A DNA stretch of 64,000 bases from Eledone cirrhosa (GCA_964016885.1 OZ024741.1:11160001-11224000), one strand, 5' to 3'. Counted from the stretch's first letter, positions 41,530-56,051 are shown. Numbers and translations are program-made. Notes: generated from the letters alone by a model not told the origin.

Positions 41530-41900
41530 TCATAAATACAACAAACTAATCAACTCCATTAACGTGAAAGTAAGCTACTCATGTCTGGAGATCTTAGCTT
41601 CCCACATCTCGTACTACATTGTCACATCAGTTCCCAGCTCAGCATTCCACATATAACTGTAGAAATCTTCAAACAACATACTTTCAGCATCATTCCTCTG
41701 TAAGGCAGTGATATATAGAACTAGCATAACACCCGCAAATGGTTTCGAGAGGATTTATATAGGACACACTCGAAATACATTTAAAGGTTGGTGCCACCAA
41801 CATACACATTCATTCCGGACAACGGACAGGTAGAACTTTACCTCTTTTACTACGTGTTTAAGAATTAATGAACAGCAGAATCAAATGTGTCCACATAACA
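41530..41900 (+). mobile_element. PLE GIY-YIG fragment (Naiad-like)
   Basis: My translation: NVKVSYSC (about 41561) and AVIYRTSITPANGFERIYIGHTRNTFKGWCHQHTHSFR (41705 onward). Confidence 0.7.
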
Positions 41901-41906
41901 TGTGAA

Positions 41907-42068
41907 GGCGCATGGCTTAGTGGTTAGAGCATTGGTCTTGCAATCGAAAGGTTGTGAGTTCAATTCTCGGACCGGGTGATGTGTTGTTTCCTTGAGACAC
42001 TTTATTTCACGTTGCTCCAGTTTACTCAGCTGTAGAAACGAGATGATAGGACTGGGGTGACTATCATG
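41907..42068 (+). mobile_element. tRNA-headed SINE, 3'-truncated
   Basis: A box tggcttagtgg, B box gagttcaattc and a CORE-like body. Matches 49164 onward. Confidence 0.8.
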
Positions 42069-42199
42069 AAATCACCCAAGACACCTCCAATGAGATATAC
42101 CTTGGAGGAGGCCAGCTAAACCTGCATAGGTGTGAGCTGTAACAACAACAACAACATAACCTGTAACATTGTAAACAGAGCAACCTCATACACTAATTG

Positions 42200-42960
42200 G
42201 ACTAGAGATTGTAGATTGTACCAAACTGAGAGGTTACAGATCACAGTCACCAACATCGATAAACAGAAGATCTTAGATTCTCTCTCCATCATCATCGATG
42301 ACCATTTCCTTTTGCCAATTTTCATCAGGAAAAATCGCAGAATTTCTATAATCAGAAAGATCACTAGGATTTCCTGAATGCTCTCCTTCAGAAAGCACCA
42401 AAGATGAAATCCTTTTCAGACTTTCCAGAAACATTTCCCTCCACACACACACAACACCCGAATATCTTACAAAGTCCATTATCCTACCCTCAAACATTGA
42501 CCAGAATCATAGAAACTCCCACATCTCTAACATAAAAGGAAAAAAGAAAACACACCCGATAGTGTTTAGTAGACAATGCAATTGTCCCAATTTTTACTCA
42601 TGTTCTGTAGACATACAATACGTAACTAAACATATTGTCTAAATACCTACCTTCTGGACAAACTACAACTCAAAACCTATATCAAACATTTTCGAACTTA
42701 GATACAATTTCCATACCAACACTTTCAGAAATCACAACAGATCTAATCAGATTTCATTAGCATTATGCATCCGAGAACTGAAAGCTAAATCTATAGCTTT
42801 CTAACTAAGCTGGAAAATCCTGGAAACAGCTAAGTACTCGAGTAACAGGAAATCTCTGCACCAAAGAAAGTCTAGAAACATTGTGTGCCAGATTCTTCGG
42901 AATAAACATTCTGGATGATTTTCATCCTGATAGCAAAATATTTTTAAAACATTAAAACAT
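42200..42960 (+). mobile_element. Decayed PLE 3' region (Naiad-like)
   Basis: VTNID...IIDDHF, CNCP, FELRYNFHTNTFR...SLALCIRELK...SWKIL remnants with many disablements. Confidence 0.55.
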
Positions 42961-43650
42961 TTGTCGTCCATCAATAGGTAATTAATGTCTACTCTTTATT
43001 AAGTTCTGATCGTAATATATCATCCCCAGAATTTGGCTGAAGTTTAATATGATTGTTTGCTTCTCTCAGTTGATATTTCATCTTTACACTGAGATACTTG
43101 AATAGAGTAGAGAAAATTAACTTCTTGATATATATATATATATGTGAAAGATTCAGGAACCCGACGGCTGGACGGCTGAGCTCCGGCCGTTTCGACAGCT
43201 AGATACTCTGGTGCGTTTTGGCCCACCTGGTATCTTACCACACCATCTTTGTTATATATATATATATATCGATGATCGATTCCAACCGTAACCATCCCCA
43301 CTGAAAGTTTCGTGAAATAGTCTTTTAAGACTATATAGAGCATTTGTAGTTTTTCCAAATTGAAGGATGAGTATTTTAAACTTTATTTTATTTTGAGATA
43401 AGGCTATATTGATTTTTTCCCTGGATTTCACCAAATTCTGTGGATGAATCTATATCCTGATTCTTTTTTAATTGAGTTTGAATTATTTTCCCACATCTTA
43501 CGTTAACTATTTTTCCATTTTGACGCTATAGTCACTTATATATTATGGAATACTGTTGGCTTCTTGCTACAATAATTTCTATACTTTTCATTTATATATA
43601 TATATATCAGGTGGCCTGACTGGTGAAATTCCTCCAAGATTTATTATAGC

Positions 43651-43713
43651 AAACACTATGTACATTTCAATGACCAAGTTCCGTAAGATCCTGGTGACAT
43701 CATCAGGTTGTTT
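43651..43713 (-). ncRNA. Hammerhead-like motif
   Basis: Minus reads aaacaac CTGATGA tgtcaccagg...cttggtcatt GAAA tgtaca TA gtgttt, with palindromic loop TGTACA and an imperfect stem II. Confidence 0.55.
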
Positions 43714-43772
43714 ATTGCATAAAAGCTATATAATAAAGGAATAATAGTAAACACAATCCAAGAGGCTAAAAA

Positions 43773-44500
43773 TCAGAGAGAAATGTTTAAGACTCCGAAG
43801 GCGGTCAGGGCCAGCTGTTGCCAGTCTGGCTGACCACCTTCATATTCATATATATATAACTCAAATAGAGAGTTATTGTTTACGGAGGCATATCTGGGTG
43901 TAGGATGTTTATTCGGGATTTCTTTAAGGAATTTGTCCAAAGATTTCTTGAACTTTATGGGTCTGTTTGGTGTAATTTTAAAGAGAGCGGGGCCAATTGA
44001 AGTGAAATAATTGTGCAGTATTGCTGTTATGAGATGCGAGTGAGATTTTTGTCGTGGGCGGATAGCACGGGGCCCATGCCTTGGATGTACCTTAAAGATG
44101 ATGCCAACATCATTTGGGCAATGTTGATGGAATATTTTCCACATCATGTAGATAATGTAGCGCCCACGGCGACGTTGGAGCGAATAAAGTTTGAGTTTTT
44201 CTAGTCGACTCCAATAGTCAAGACTTGTCATGCCATCTATCTTTTTTTGTGATTGACCTTTTAGGAGCTTCAATGTTCATAATACTTTGTTTCATGTGGG
44301 GCGACCACAGTGGACAACAGTGCAGTATTCAAGATGGGGTCGGGCAAAAGTGGAGAAGAGAAGGATAACAGTGTGGATATCTCTCGACTGGAAGGTTCTG
44401 AGAATCCAGGAACACATTCTGCAGGTCATGTCAACTTGGCTGTTTATATGAGGGGCCCAGCTTATGTTGTTGTCCACAATTACTACCAAGTCTCTGATGT
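43773..44500 (-). mobile_element. CR1-like LINE 3' fragment
   Basis: (RDL)VVIVDNNISWAPHI, ARPHLEYC and YWSRLEKLKLYSLQRRR, typical of the post-RT region of the CR1 group. Confidence 0.8.
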
Positions 44501-44656
44501 TATATATATATATAATATATATATATAGAGAGAGAGATAGAGAGAGAGAGAGGTGGAGAGAGAGAGCGGGAGAGACAGAAGATATGTAAGAGAAAGGAAA
44601 AATAAAATTGAAGAGGAAAAATGTTCCGTTTTATTTTATGGTTAAAGAGACTTGTA

Positions 44657-45970
44657 TCAGTTATACATACATGTGTATACCAGTAGTTATACATACATGA
44701 CAATACCAGTAGTTATACATACATGTGTATACCAGTAGTTATACATACATGTGTATACCAGTAGTTATACATACATGACAATACCAAAGTTATACATACA
44801 TGTGTATACCAGTAGTTATACATACATGTGTATACCAATAGTTATACATACATGTGTATACCAGTAGTTATACATACATGACAATACCAAAGTTATACAT
44901 ACATGTGTATACCAGTAGTTATACATACATGTGTATACCAGTAGTTATACATACATGACAATACCAAAGTTATACATACATGTGTATACCAGTAGTTATA
45001 CATACATGTGTATACCAGTAGTTATACATACATGACAATACCAATGTTAAACATACATGTGTATACCAAAGTTATACATACATGTGTATACCAGTAGTTA
45101 TACATACATGACAATACCAAAGTTAAACATACATGTGTATACCACCAGTTATACATACATGACAATACCAAAGTTATACATACATGTGTATACCACCAAT
45201 AATACATACATGACAATACCAAAGTTATACATACATGTGTATACCAGTAGTTATACATACATGACAATACCAAAGTTAAACATACATGTGTATACCAATA
45301 GTTATACATACATGTGTATACCAGTAGTTATACATACATGACAATACCAAAGTTAAACATACATGTATATACCAAAGTTATACATACATGTGTATACCAG
45401 TAGTTATACATACATGACAATACCAAAGTTAAACATACATGTATATACCAAAGTTATACATACATGTGTATACCAGCAGTTATACATACATGACAATATC
45501 AAAGTTATACATACATGTGTATACCAGTAGTTATACATACATGACAATACCAAAGTTATACATACATGACAATACCAAAGTTATACATACATGTGTATAC
45601 CAGTAGTTATACATACATGTGTATACCAGTAGTTATACATACATGACAATTCCAAAGTTATACATACATGTGTATACCAGCAGTTATACATACATGTGTA
45701 TACACAAAGTTATATACACATGACAATACCGGCAGTTATATGTACAGGAATATACAGAGTTATAAACACGTGAATATACACACAGTTATAAATACATTAA
45801 TATACACACAGTTATAAATACGTGAATATACAGGCAGTTATACATACATTAATATACACACAGTTATAAATACATTAATATACACACAGTTATAAACACG
45901 TGAATATACACACAGTTATACATACATTAATATACACACAGTTGTACATGCATTAATATACACACAGTTA
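44657..45970. repeat. 25/26-bp minisatellite
   Basis: ccagtagttatacatacatgtgtata and ccaaagttatacatacatgacaata units, drifting to cacacagttataaatacattaatata. Confidence 0.95.
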
Positions 45971-46185
45971 TTCATAAATGAGAATAAACAGACATACATA
46001 AACACACAAAGATTTTTCCAGTTTTCAAAAAGACAAAACCTCACAATAAACCCATAAAAACGTGAAAACAACAAAACAACTTATCTATAAAATCATTTTA
46101 TTAGGTTTTCTCATAAATTTCAATACTTATACAAAATAACGTGTGAAAAAATAGGATTTTATAGATTAATCGTGGGGTTTAAATA

Positions 46186-46264
46186 TTAGGTTGTAACATA
46201 CATTCCCGCCATTTTTGAAAACAAACAAATTATAACAACGGCGGGAATATATTTTACAATCCAA
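46186..46264. mobile_element. About 79-bp mariner-type MITE
   Basis: TA|ttaggttgtaacatacattcccgcc ... ggcgggaatatattttacaatccaa|TA: imperfect terminal inverted repeats (TIRs) with a mariner-like ttaggttg end and TA flanks. Confidence 0.6.
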
Positions 46265-46281
46265 TATATATATATATATAT

Positions 46282-46483
46282 GTGAGAAAAACCACAGACC
46301 CTCCATCTCAGCTCTACTTTTGAAAAGCAGAACTGCGAAACCGGTAAAGGAACCAAATAAATATATATATATTTTTTTTAAAATAAGACTCCAGTTGCAT
46401 TTTCGATTTCACCTTTTTTTCTTTACACTTTCACACGTGTAGGACACCTCGGTTATTTTTCATTTTGTAAAAAAAACCTCACT

Positions 46484-46490
<7 letters not shown>
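46282..46490 (+). mobile_element. Single-arm copy of family B with hammerhead (46317-46350)
   Basis: Matches the reverse complement of 733-941 plus the axis. actt TTGAAAA gcag-aa-ctgc GAAA ccgg TA aagg. Lies in (TA)n. Confidence 0.8.
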
Positions 46491-46517
<27 letters not shown>

Positions 46518-46760
46518 ACCAATTTGTAGTTCTATAATCGATGTAGAAATGCAAAAGAGAATCCAGGGGAAAAGTATAAAGATAACAAACAGAATTTCTT
46601 AAACACAATAGTAAAAGTGATATTTCTGTTTTTTAGCTTTGGTGATTATCTTTCAAAGATTAAATATATTGCTATACGTATGTAGAATAATTATTGCTAC
46701 ATGTAGAGATGTGAATATATTGCTACATATATCATCATCATATATTATTATATATATTAC

Positions 46761-46791
<31 letters not shown>

Positions 46792-46818
46792 CTGGGTGTG
46801 TGCGTGTGTGTATATATG

Positions 46819-46869
<51 letters not shown>

Positions 46870-46883
46870 ATGTATATATATAT

Positions 46884-48158
46884 ATCATCATCATCATCAT
46901 CGTTTAACGTCCATGTTCCACGCTTGCATGGGTTTGGACGGGAGTTTTCCCACTTGAGGCAAGAGTGGTTGTCTTGCTCGCATAGGACTGTCTGGCGGGT
47001 TTTCTACAGCTGGATGCCCTTCCTAACACCAACCACATTTACAGTGTGGGACTGGGAGGTTTTTACCGTGTTGCCTACACGGCCACATTACAGCGTGGAC
47101 TGTGTGTTTTTTTTTGTCGTGACACCTACAGGACCTCATTTGTTTCGGCCTGGATGTTGTGGCACCAACATAACTTTACATTGAAAGGGGCGGTGTGGAT
47201 GGGGTGGGGGTGGTGGGACGGGGTGTATTTTGTTAGAGATGCCTACTGACTGTAGTAGGTTTTACTTTGTATTTAGGTAAGGCGGGTCTTCTCTATTACT
47301 GAGTGCCGCCAAAGATCTCGGTCCAGTGACATTGTCTTGGGGAGGTGTAAGTGTGTGAGGTCGGAGTTTATCAGGTCGTCCCAAATTTTTCTGGGTCTGC
47401 CTACTCCGTGGCTACCGTCTATCTTTATTGCCCTGCACTTTTTTATACAGCTGTCGTCTTTCATGCGCATTACGTGACCATACCAACGTAGCCTTCTCTC
47501 GAGTAAACAACATCTGATCCCTCTTATTTCTAATTTTTCCCTTAGTTCGTTTATGCTTTGCCGTTCGCGTATATTACCATTACACATCCAGCGGAGCATG
47601 CAAGCTTCGTTCCTCTCTAGTCTGCGTATATCCTCTGCACACAATGCCCAGGTCTCACTGCCATGCAACATTGCTGTTCGTATGCAGGCATCATACAGCC
47701 TGCCTTTCATTTTTAGGGAGAAAAAGTAATAGCGCTATTACTTTTTCCGTGACCTTCATGACCTCGTCGATTAATTTAATGCCTCTATAGTTACTCCTAT
47801 CTAGGGCGTCTCCTTTACCCTTGTAGCAGTTAATGATGCTGCTGCTACGCCAGTCCTTCGGAACAACCCCATTCTGTATGACTTGGTTTACTATCCGGGA
47901 GACCATGGTGTGTCCCACCGTTCCAGATGCTTTCAGCATCTCAGCAACTATTTCCGAAGGCTCTGCCGCCTTACCCGTCTTCATATCTTTGATTGCCTTA
48001 CTTATTATACTACCTTCGACTAACACTGCTGGTCCCTCTATTGGGTCGATGTGGGGTAGACTGTCTTTCTCCCATTTATTCTCCTCATTTAGTAACCTTT
48101 CGTAGTGACACTTCCAAGCTACCTTCTTATCAGCGTCAGTGATGGCAAGTACGCCATC
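46884..48158 (-). mobile_element. RTE-clade (BovB-like) LINE, truncated and internally deleted
   Basis: [34 protein letters not shown], then a jump to [20 protein letters not shown]...RRLRWYGHV..GRPRK. The 3' UTR ends in (GAT)n. Confidence 0.9.
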
Positions 48159-48216
<58 letters not shown>

Positions 48217-48273
48217 GTATATATATGTATATATATATGTATATATGTATGAATATATATATATGTATGTGTG

Positions 48274-48333
<60 letters not shown>

Positions 48334-48358
48334 CATATATATATGTATATCTATCTAT

Positions 48359-49064
48359 CTAAGGCGGGTAAAATTCCCGAGATCCATGGACGAGTTCTCT
48401 CCAGCGGTCTCTGTCCCTCATTATCGCTGCCATGTCCTGCATCTCCAACAGACCAGTGTCTGTCCTTAGGGCATCAACATACGTTAACCTTGGTCTTCCT
48501 CTTCTAGTGTGTCCATGTAGGGGCTCCCAAAGGAGCACTGAGTGCAATGTCAACTCTATGTGTCGGTGAGCATGTCCAGCTAACCTCAGTCTCCTCTGTG
48601 TCACTTTTGAGCTGACTTTTGGGATGCTCCCATACAGCTCTGAGTTTTTCATCCTCAGTGTATACTGATTAATGTTCAGAGTCATCTTCAGCATTCTCGT
48701 GTAGCACCCATCCACCATCTGAGTGAGTTTCTTGGTCAGTGTCCAAGTCTCAGACCCATACAGCAGCACAGACTCCACTACAGCAATGAAGAGGCGGATT
48801 TTCAGGTCTCTACGAAGGTCCGACTTCCACACCGATCTCAAGCTGTGGCACGCCGCCCAGGCCTTGCTCTTCCTCTCAACCACATCATCTTCCGTATTCC
48901 CAATCTTTGCTCCCAAATACAGGAAGTCCTCAACCAATTCCAGCGGCTTCCCGCCTACATTAGTGATCCCCTCTGGCTTCTCAACATTCTCTAACAGATA
49001 TTTTGTTTTAGTCTCATTCATTCTCAGCCCCTCACTCATCGACACAGTCTCAACCTCCCGCATC
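48359..49064 (-). mobile_element. RTE/RTEX-like LINE 3' fragment
   Basis: GLRMNETKT, VEDFLYLG, LLYGSETW, RRLRLAGH and GRPRLTY. The stop codon is followed immediately by atagatagat. Confidence 0.85.
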
Positions 49065-49163
49065 ATATATGTATATATATATGTATATATGTATGTATGA
49101 ATATATATATGTGTGTGTGTATGTATATATATATATATGTGTGTGTATATATATATATATATA

Positions 49164-49506
49164 GGCACATGGCTTAGTGGTTAGAGCATTGGGCTTGCAA
49201 TCGAAAGGTTGTGAGTTCAATTCTCAGACCGGGTGATGTGTTGTTTCCTTGAGCAAGACACTTTATTTCACATTGCTCCAGTTTACTCAGCTGTAGAAAT
49301 GAGATGATAGGGACAGGGGTCCCTATCATTCCACTGTAAAGTGGTCGTGGAGGTGCCACGGCAAAAAAGCACCCAGCACTCACTGTAAATGAGGTTGGTG
49401 TTAGGAAGGGCATCCAGCTGTAGAAATCAAGCCAGAATCAGTTCCCGTCCCACCCTTGCAAGCAGGGAAAAGTGGACATAAAATGAAATGATGATGAATG
49501 ATGATA
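49164..49506 (+). mobile_element. Complete tRNA-headed SINE with CORE-like body and RTE-derived tail
   Basis: A and B boxes, ccttgagcaagacactt core, tail ggttggtgttaggaagggcatccagctgtagaaa and a (TGA)n end. Confidence 0.85.
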
Positions 49507-49548
49507 TATGTGCTTTGATCGAAGCATAGTCTATATTACATATATATA

Positions 49549-49580
<32 letters not shown>

Positions 49581-49626
49581 CATATGTATATATATGTATG
49601 TATATTTATGTATATATATGTATGTG

Positions 49627-49659
<33 letters not shown>

Positions 49660-49811
49660 ATATATATATGTATGTGTGTATATATATATATATGAGGCTG
49701 GATTGACACTAAGGAACCAACAGTGATAGTTGTCAAATCCGCCGAAACATTTGCAATGGAAAATTTCCGGATAAATTGTTGTAAAAATACATTTTGCATA
49801 CTTCTTCCTCA

Positions 49812-51055
<1,244 letters not shown>

Positions 51056-52350
51056 TATAGTATGCACATATTGGCATTATATGCAAATAATAGATGTGAT
51101 ACATAAATTGAAAAGTAAATTGATAATTTGCACAGAAATTGAACAGTTATTTGTATATATATGGCGGTGCCCCAGCATGGCCTCAGTCTATCGGCTGGAA
51201 CACATAGTAGAGCAATAGAGTAAAGTAAAAACCACTGTGTTAGTTCAATAAGTGACTGAATTGTTGTCTGGAAGATTGTTTAAATGTTCGGCCCTCACAT
51301 ACATAACTACCTAGGGCAGTGTTTCTCCTGCTTTTCTCTATAACATTACAAAGTTTAGAACAAGAAAAACTCTACTGTGTATCCTACCATGATTGGACAA
51401 AGTTAGTATATGGCGCAGTACATACATCCAAGGATCGATTTAGAAACTGGTGGACACGGAGCACTTTTCAGGAATTTTACATATCAATGTCAGCTTGGCA
51501 CAAGTAATTGGAAGTGAAAAGTTATACATACAGGTATTAAATTCTAACATTCTAACCATCCTAAAACTAATAAGCCCAGTTGAGGGCACAAATGAATTGC
51601 CACAGCCATCTCTGGTGAGGCTCCCCACTACAGGGGATCCACAGCAATTCCCTCTTTGCCCATTCCCATTAAATCCGGTCTTGTATACACCCCATTTTGA
51701 AGCTCCATACCCCATCAAAATATTGTCACAACCCACCTTAAGCAACACAAATCTAGAATAAATCAGCCAAGTGCAGTGTTTTCTATCTCCCTCCAGGATA
51801 AAACTAAAAGGGAAGAGTGGATTTCTAATACAGATATTGAAATTTAATGAAACATACGACAAACATGCTATGCTCCCACCAATTAGAGTGCTGAATTTCA
51901 CAGGCAAGGGTTATTAAAATCGACATAGTCATTTGAACATCAGAAACAGTGCTTTGCATTATTCATTCTATCTCTGATTAGAGTTCAAATCTAACAAAGG
52001 TCAACTCTGTCTCTCAACATTTCAATATCTTTCTATTTTATCATCTATTTCTAACTCTATCTTCTGCTGAAGGACTAGTGTCCGAAATATTAAGACTCTT
52101 TTCCTGCTGTTTCAAGCTTCAAACTAATATATTTTTTCAATGTACTGTGTCGTTTTCTTTATTATTTCTGTTTACTTTTTGCACACATACACACGCACAC
52201 ACACATATATATATATGAGTGTGTGTGTGTGTGAGAGAGAGAGAGTCAGAGAGAGAGAGTCGGGGAGGGGGTACCACAGTTAGTAAGGTACTCAATACAT
52301 TAGTATGAAACAGTTCTAGTCTTGTAGGAACCATTTCTATATTAAACCTG

Positions 52351-52399
<49 letters not shown>

Positions 52400-52679
52400 C
52401 TTTTTCTGTCTTTCTATTGAAGAAATAAACTGAGTTCCTGTCAGATGAGCACTCCACCAGGTTTAAATGTTCAAGACATGTCATATGTTACTATGGTACC
52501 CTTATGACCCCAGGCTGAGGGACATAGCGTCAATAATTCTATCATAGTTGCTAGTTTGACATTAAATATGCAATAAAATGAGTCATTCGTTTGCTCTGCC
52601 CAAATTGACATCATCCTTAGAATTCAACATAATTTGAGATAAGAACCTCTTCATAATTATAAATATGATCTTAATAATT

Positions 52680-54020
52680 TCTAGTTTGGCACAAGATCAG
52701 CAGCTTTTAGAGGGGAGGGGAAAGTTGATTAAATCAATGCTTGACCAGTATATTATTTCTGGTCAAGATGAAAGGCAAAGTTGACCTTAACAAGATTGGA
52801 ACTCAGAATATAAAGGGCCATAACTAAATAATGTAAAGCATTTTGTCCAATGTATTAACAACTCTGTCAACGAACTGCCCTCAATAATAATTGTTTCTAC
52901 TTTTGGCACAAGGCCAGCAATTATCCCAGTGCATTACTGGTACTTTATTTTATCGACCCTGTAAGGATGAAAGGCAAAGTTAACCTCAGCAGGATTTGAA
53001 CTCAGGCCGTAACTCTATGCTACAAAGCATGGCGTCTGACCCTCAACCGATACTGCCAATCCACTGGCCTCAGTAATAATGAAATAACTAATAATTTTGG
53101 TAAATCCCTCAAAATGTTTCAACAATAAATTTAAAAAGTGTATTTCATTATTATATAAAACAAGGGGTTAACAGTGAGTTTATTCCAACACATTAACAGT
53201 CTTTCAAATAAAACACACACAGTTATAACAACAACACTTCATAACATATTCTACAAATTTAACCTGTAGACAGAAAAATAAAACATATGCAAGATTTTTA
53301 TAAGATTTAATGTGAAGTTTCTGCAATTACTCATATATAAATGGCAATGATAGTACTCAAATCAGGGTTCTTGTCTAAAATTCTCACAACAGAGAAGGAG
53401 AAGGCTCTACTAAAGGCTTGTAAGGGCTAGGTAATGGTGTTAAACAAGGTGATGGATTAAGTCTACCACCCAAGTAGACCATAGTGCTATTTGAATTCAG
53501 AATACATAAAGCTGGAACAAATACTATAAGGTATCTTGACTGATGCTACAAAAATTCTACCAATCCTCCACTCTGGACTGGAACTCTATTTTATCTGACC
53601 TCTGAAAGGTTGAACGGTTAAGTTGATTTTGGTGGGACTTGAAATCAAGATTTGTTAGGTGATTAAGTTAATATAAAACTGTGACAAATAATGATTTCTA
53701 AATTAGGCACAAGGCAAAGAATTTTTTATGTTTTGTTGAGGGAGAAAGTCAATTAAGTCAACCCCAGTGCATTACTGGTACTTTATTTTATCGACCCTAT
53801 AAGGATGAAAAACAAAGCTAACCTCATTCAGATACAAGGCCTATAATTTGTGGAGAGAGAAAAGTTGATGAAATCAACCCAGTACGTTAGTAATACGTTA
53901 TTTTATCAACCCAAGTTAAAGTTGACCTCAGCTAGATTTGAACTCTGAATGTAAAGGGCTGTAACTAAATACCACAAAGTATTTTGTCCAATGCTCTAAC
54001 GATTCCGCTAATCCATGACA
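52680..54020 (-). mobile_element. Cluster of decayed tRNA-headed SINEs (at least 4 copies)
   Basis: Repeated actggtactttattttatcgaccc...ggatgaaaggcaaagttgacct...gatttgaactcag at about 52750, 52935, 53580, 53770 and 53890. Another copy lies near 54680. Confidence 0.75.
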
Positions 54021-54332
54021 CTCTGTCATCAAAGCTGATACTAATAATTAGAATAACACAGTAATAATTGTAATAATTATATAATTAATGAAGAGATGTT
54101 ATTGATTATAATAATTACCATAATGAGGTTTAGCACAACTTCTACTAAGTAGATATGGATACATGGAGATATCAGTAGAAAAATAGTATATGTGTAAAAT
54201 AGAACAATAGGTGGGAATAGTTATTTTGTTGTTATTGCTATTATTTGCGTACATGTAGAGATAGTCAGGTCACTCCTGAGGGAGTCATAGGGGCATTGTA
54301 CTGACATATGGCAATTCTAGAGTATCTTTTAA

Positions 54333-54551
54333 CCCTTTAGCATTTAAACCGGCCATATCCGGCCAGAGTTCTCTCACCTCTTTTTGTTCAAATTGGTGAT
54401 AACCGGCTGCTCATATTTATGTTGAGGTATTGTTCTCAAAATAACTAATATCAAAATTTCATAGATCTGATATTATGTGAGATAATTATATGAGATAGTG
54501 TTTACTGTGAAAATACAATAGTATATATAGAGTAATGTAAATGTTAAATGG
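54333..54551. mobile_element. piggyBac-type MITE
   Basis: TTAA|ccctttagcattt ... aaatgttaaatgg|TTAA. Confidence 0.65.
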
Positions 54552-55074
54552 TTAAACCTGGGGAGACCATCTCCTCTCCAGATCTGAATACAGCCGATTT
54601 CTTCCAGAGAAGGATAGAGAGAGAGCGAGAGAGAATGGAAGCGAGAAAGAGATATAGAGAAAGAATCAACCCCAGTATTAGACTGGTACTTTTTTATCAA
54701 CCTTGAATGGTTGATATCGGTGGGATTTGGACTGAGAAAGCTGAAACAAACACCACAAAACATTCTGTCTGATGTTCTAATGACTTTCCCAATTCACCAG
54801 CATTGTTTAACCCATGGTAAACCCTGATCAAGTAGATCTATAATCAAAGGAATGCCTTGATCAAGCCTTGACCACCTCATTGTCTTATATCTAGGATTAC
54901 ATTGCCCAATATGATTCTTTCTTGTTTTAGGACTGTACAGTGTACACTGAAGGAACATTAGCTATTATTTCTAGCAGGTTGGAGTACAATGAACAAGTGA
55001 TTGCATTATATGGATGTGTGCATACATCTTGTATTGTCATACAATTGAGGTATAGAGTTAAGGTTACATATAGT

Positions 55075-55450
55075 GTGTCAGATATTGTAAGTTAAAGGCA
55101 GCAAGGAGGTAGAGTCAGGACTTGGATGTGTCCCCTAAAAATGTTAAAAGTTAAAGGCCGAAACACTTCCTTGATGAGGGGGATTGTCTTCTCTGGAGAC
55201 CTTCTACTGTCCAGCACTCCTGGGAGTTTCTTACGAAGGTGTCAGATATTGTAAGTTAAAAGCAGCAAGGAGGCAGGCTCATGACCTAGATGTGGCCTGG
55301 CCCCCTTAAAGTGTAAGAAGTTAAAGTCCGAAACACTGGCATGGGGGAGGAGGGTTTGTCTCTGAAGACCTTCTGCTGTCCAGCTCCTCCGAGGCTTACC
55401 AAGGTGTCAGATATTGTAAATTGAAGGCAGCAAGGATGCAAAGTTATGAC
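55075..55450. repeat. About 165-bp tandem repeat, 2.3 diverged units
   Basis: gtgtcagatattgtaa at about 55075, 55239 and 55404. Confidence 0.85.
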
Positions 55451-55901
55451 ATAAAATGGTAGAATTAAGGAATTGGGTTTAGAAATATAACAAAAAAAAG
55501 AGACGATTCACCATCACCACCACCACCACCATAATCATCACCACCACCACCACCACCATAATCATCATGGTCGTCATCATCATCATTGTCGTAATCATTG
55601 TCATCGCTTTACGTATGTCTTTTCATGCTTATAAGGGTTGATCAAGTAAACAAAGTAACAAAATAAGTATGTGTATGTGTGAAGACAGGTGTATGTGTAT
55701 GTAGACATATATATGTGTGCGTAGGCATATATACATATATGTATATGTGTGTGTACAGTCATGTCTATATATGTATGTATGTAGACATATAAAGCCATAT
55801 TTATATGTGTGTACATATGTACATATTAATATCCAAGTCCATACGTGTGTGTGCATGAGAGTGTACAACCATGTCTATACACAAATGTATGTATATGTGT
55901 G

Positions 55902-55974
<73 letters not shown>

Positions 55975-56051
55975 CACCACCACTCTCAAGAGCGTGAAAC
56001 TAATAAACCTTTGTTTGTACTGTCTCTCTGTTTTTGTTCCCGTTCCAGTTT

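Noticed and set aside
40718-41549. Mucin-like Thr-rich or hydrophobic ORFs
   Set aside because: Trinucleotide mosaic open in several frames on both strands, with no splice or domain support.
49164-49240. tRNA gene
   Set aside because: A and B boxes are present, but there is no cloverleaf and the sequence continues into a SINE body.
51319-51907. Overlapping 100-155 aa ORFs
   Set aside because: No recognisable family. GDPQQFPLCPFPLNP faintly recalls a non-LTR RT motif but is too degraded to call.
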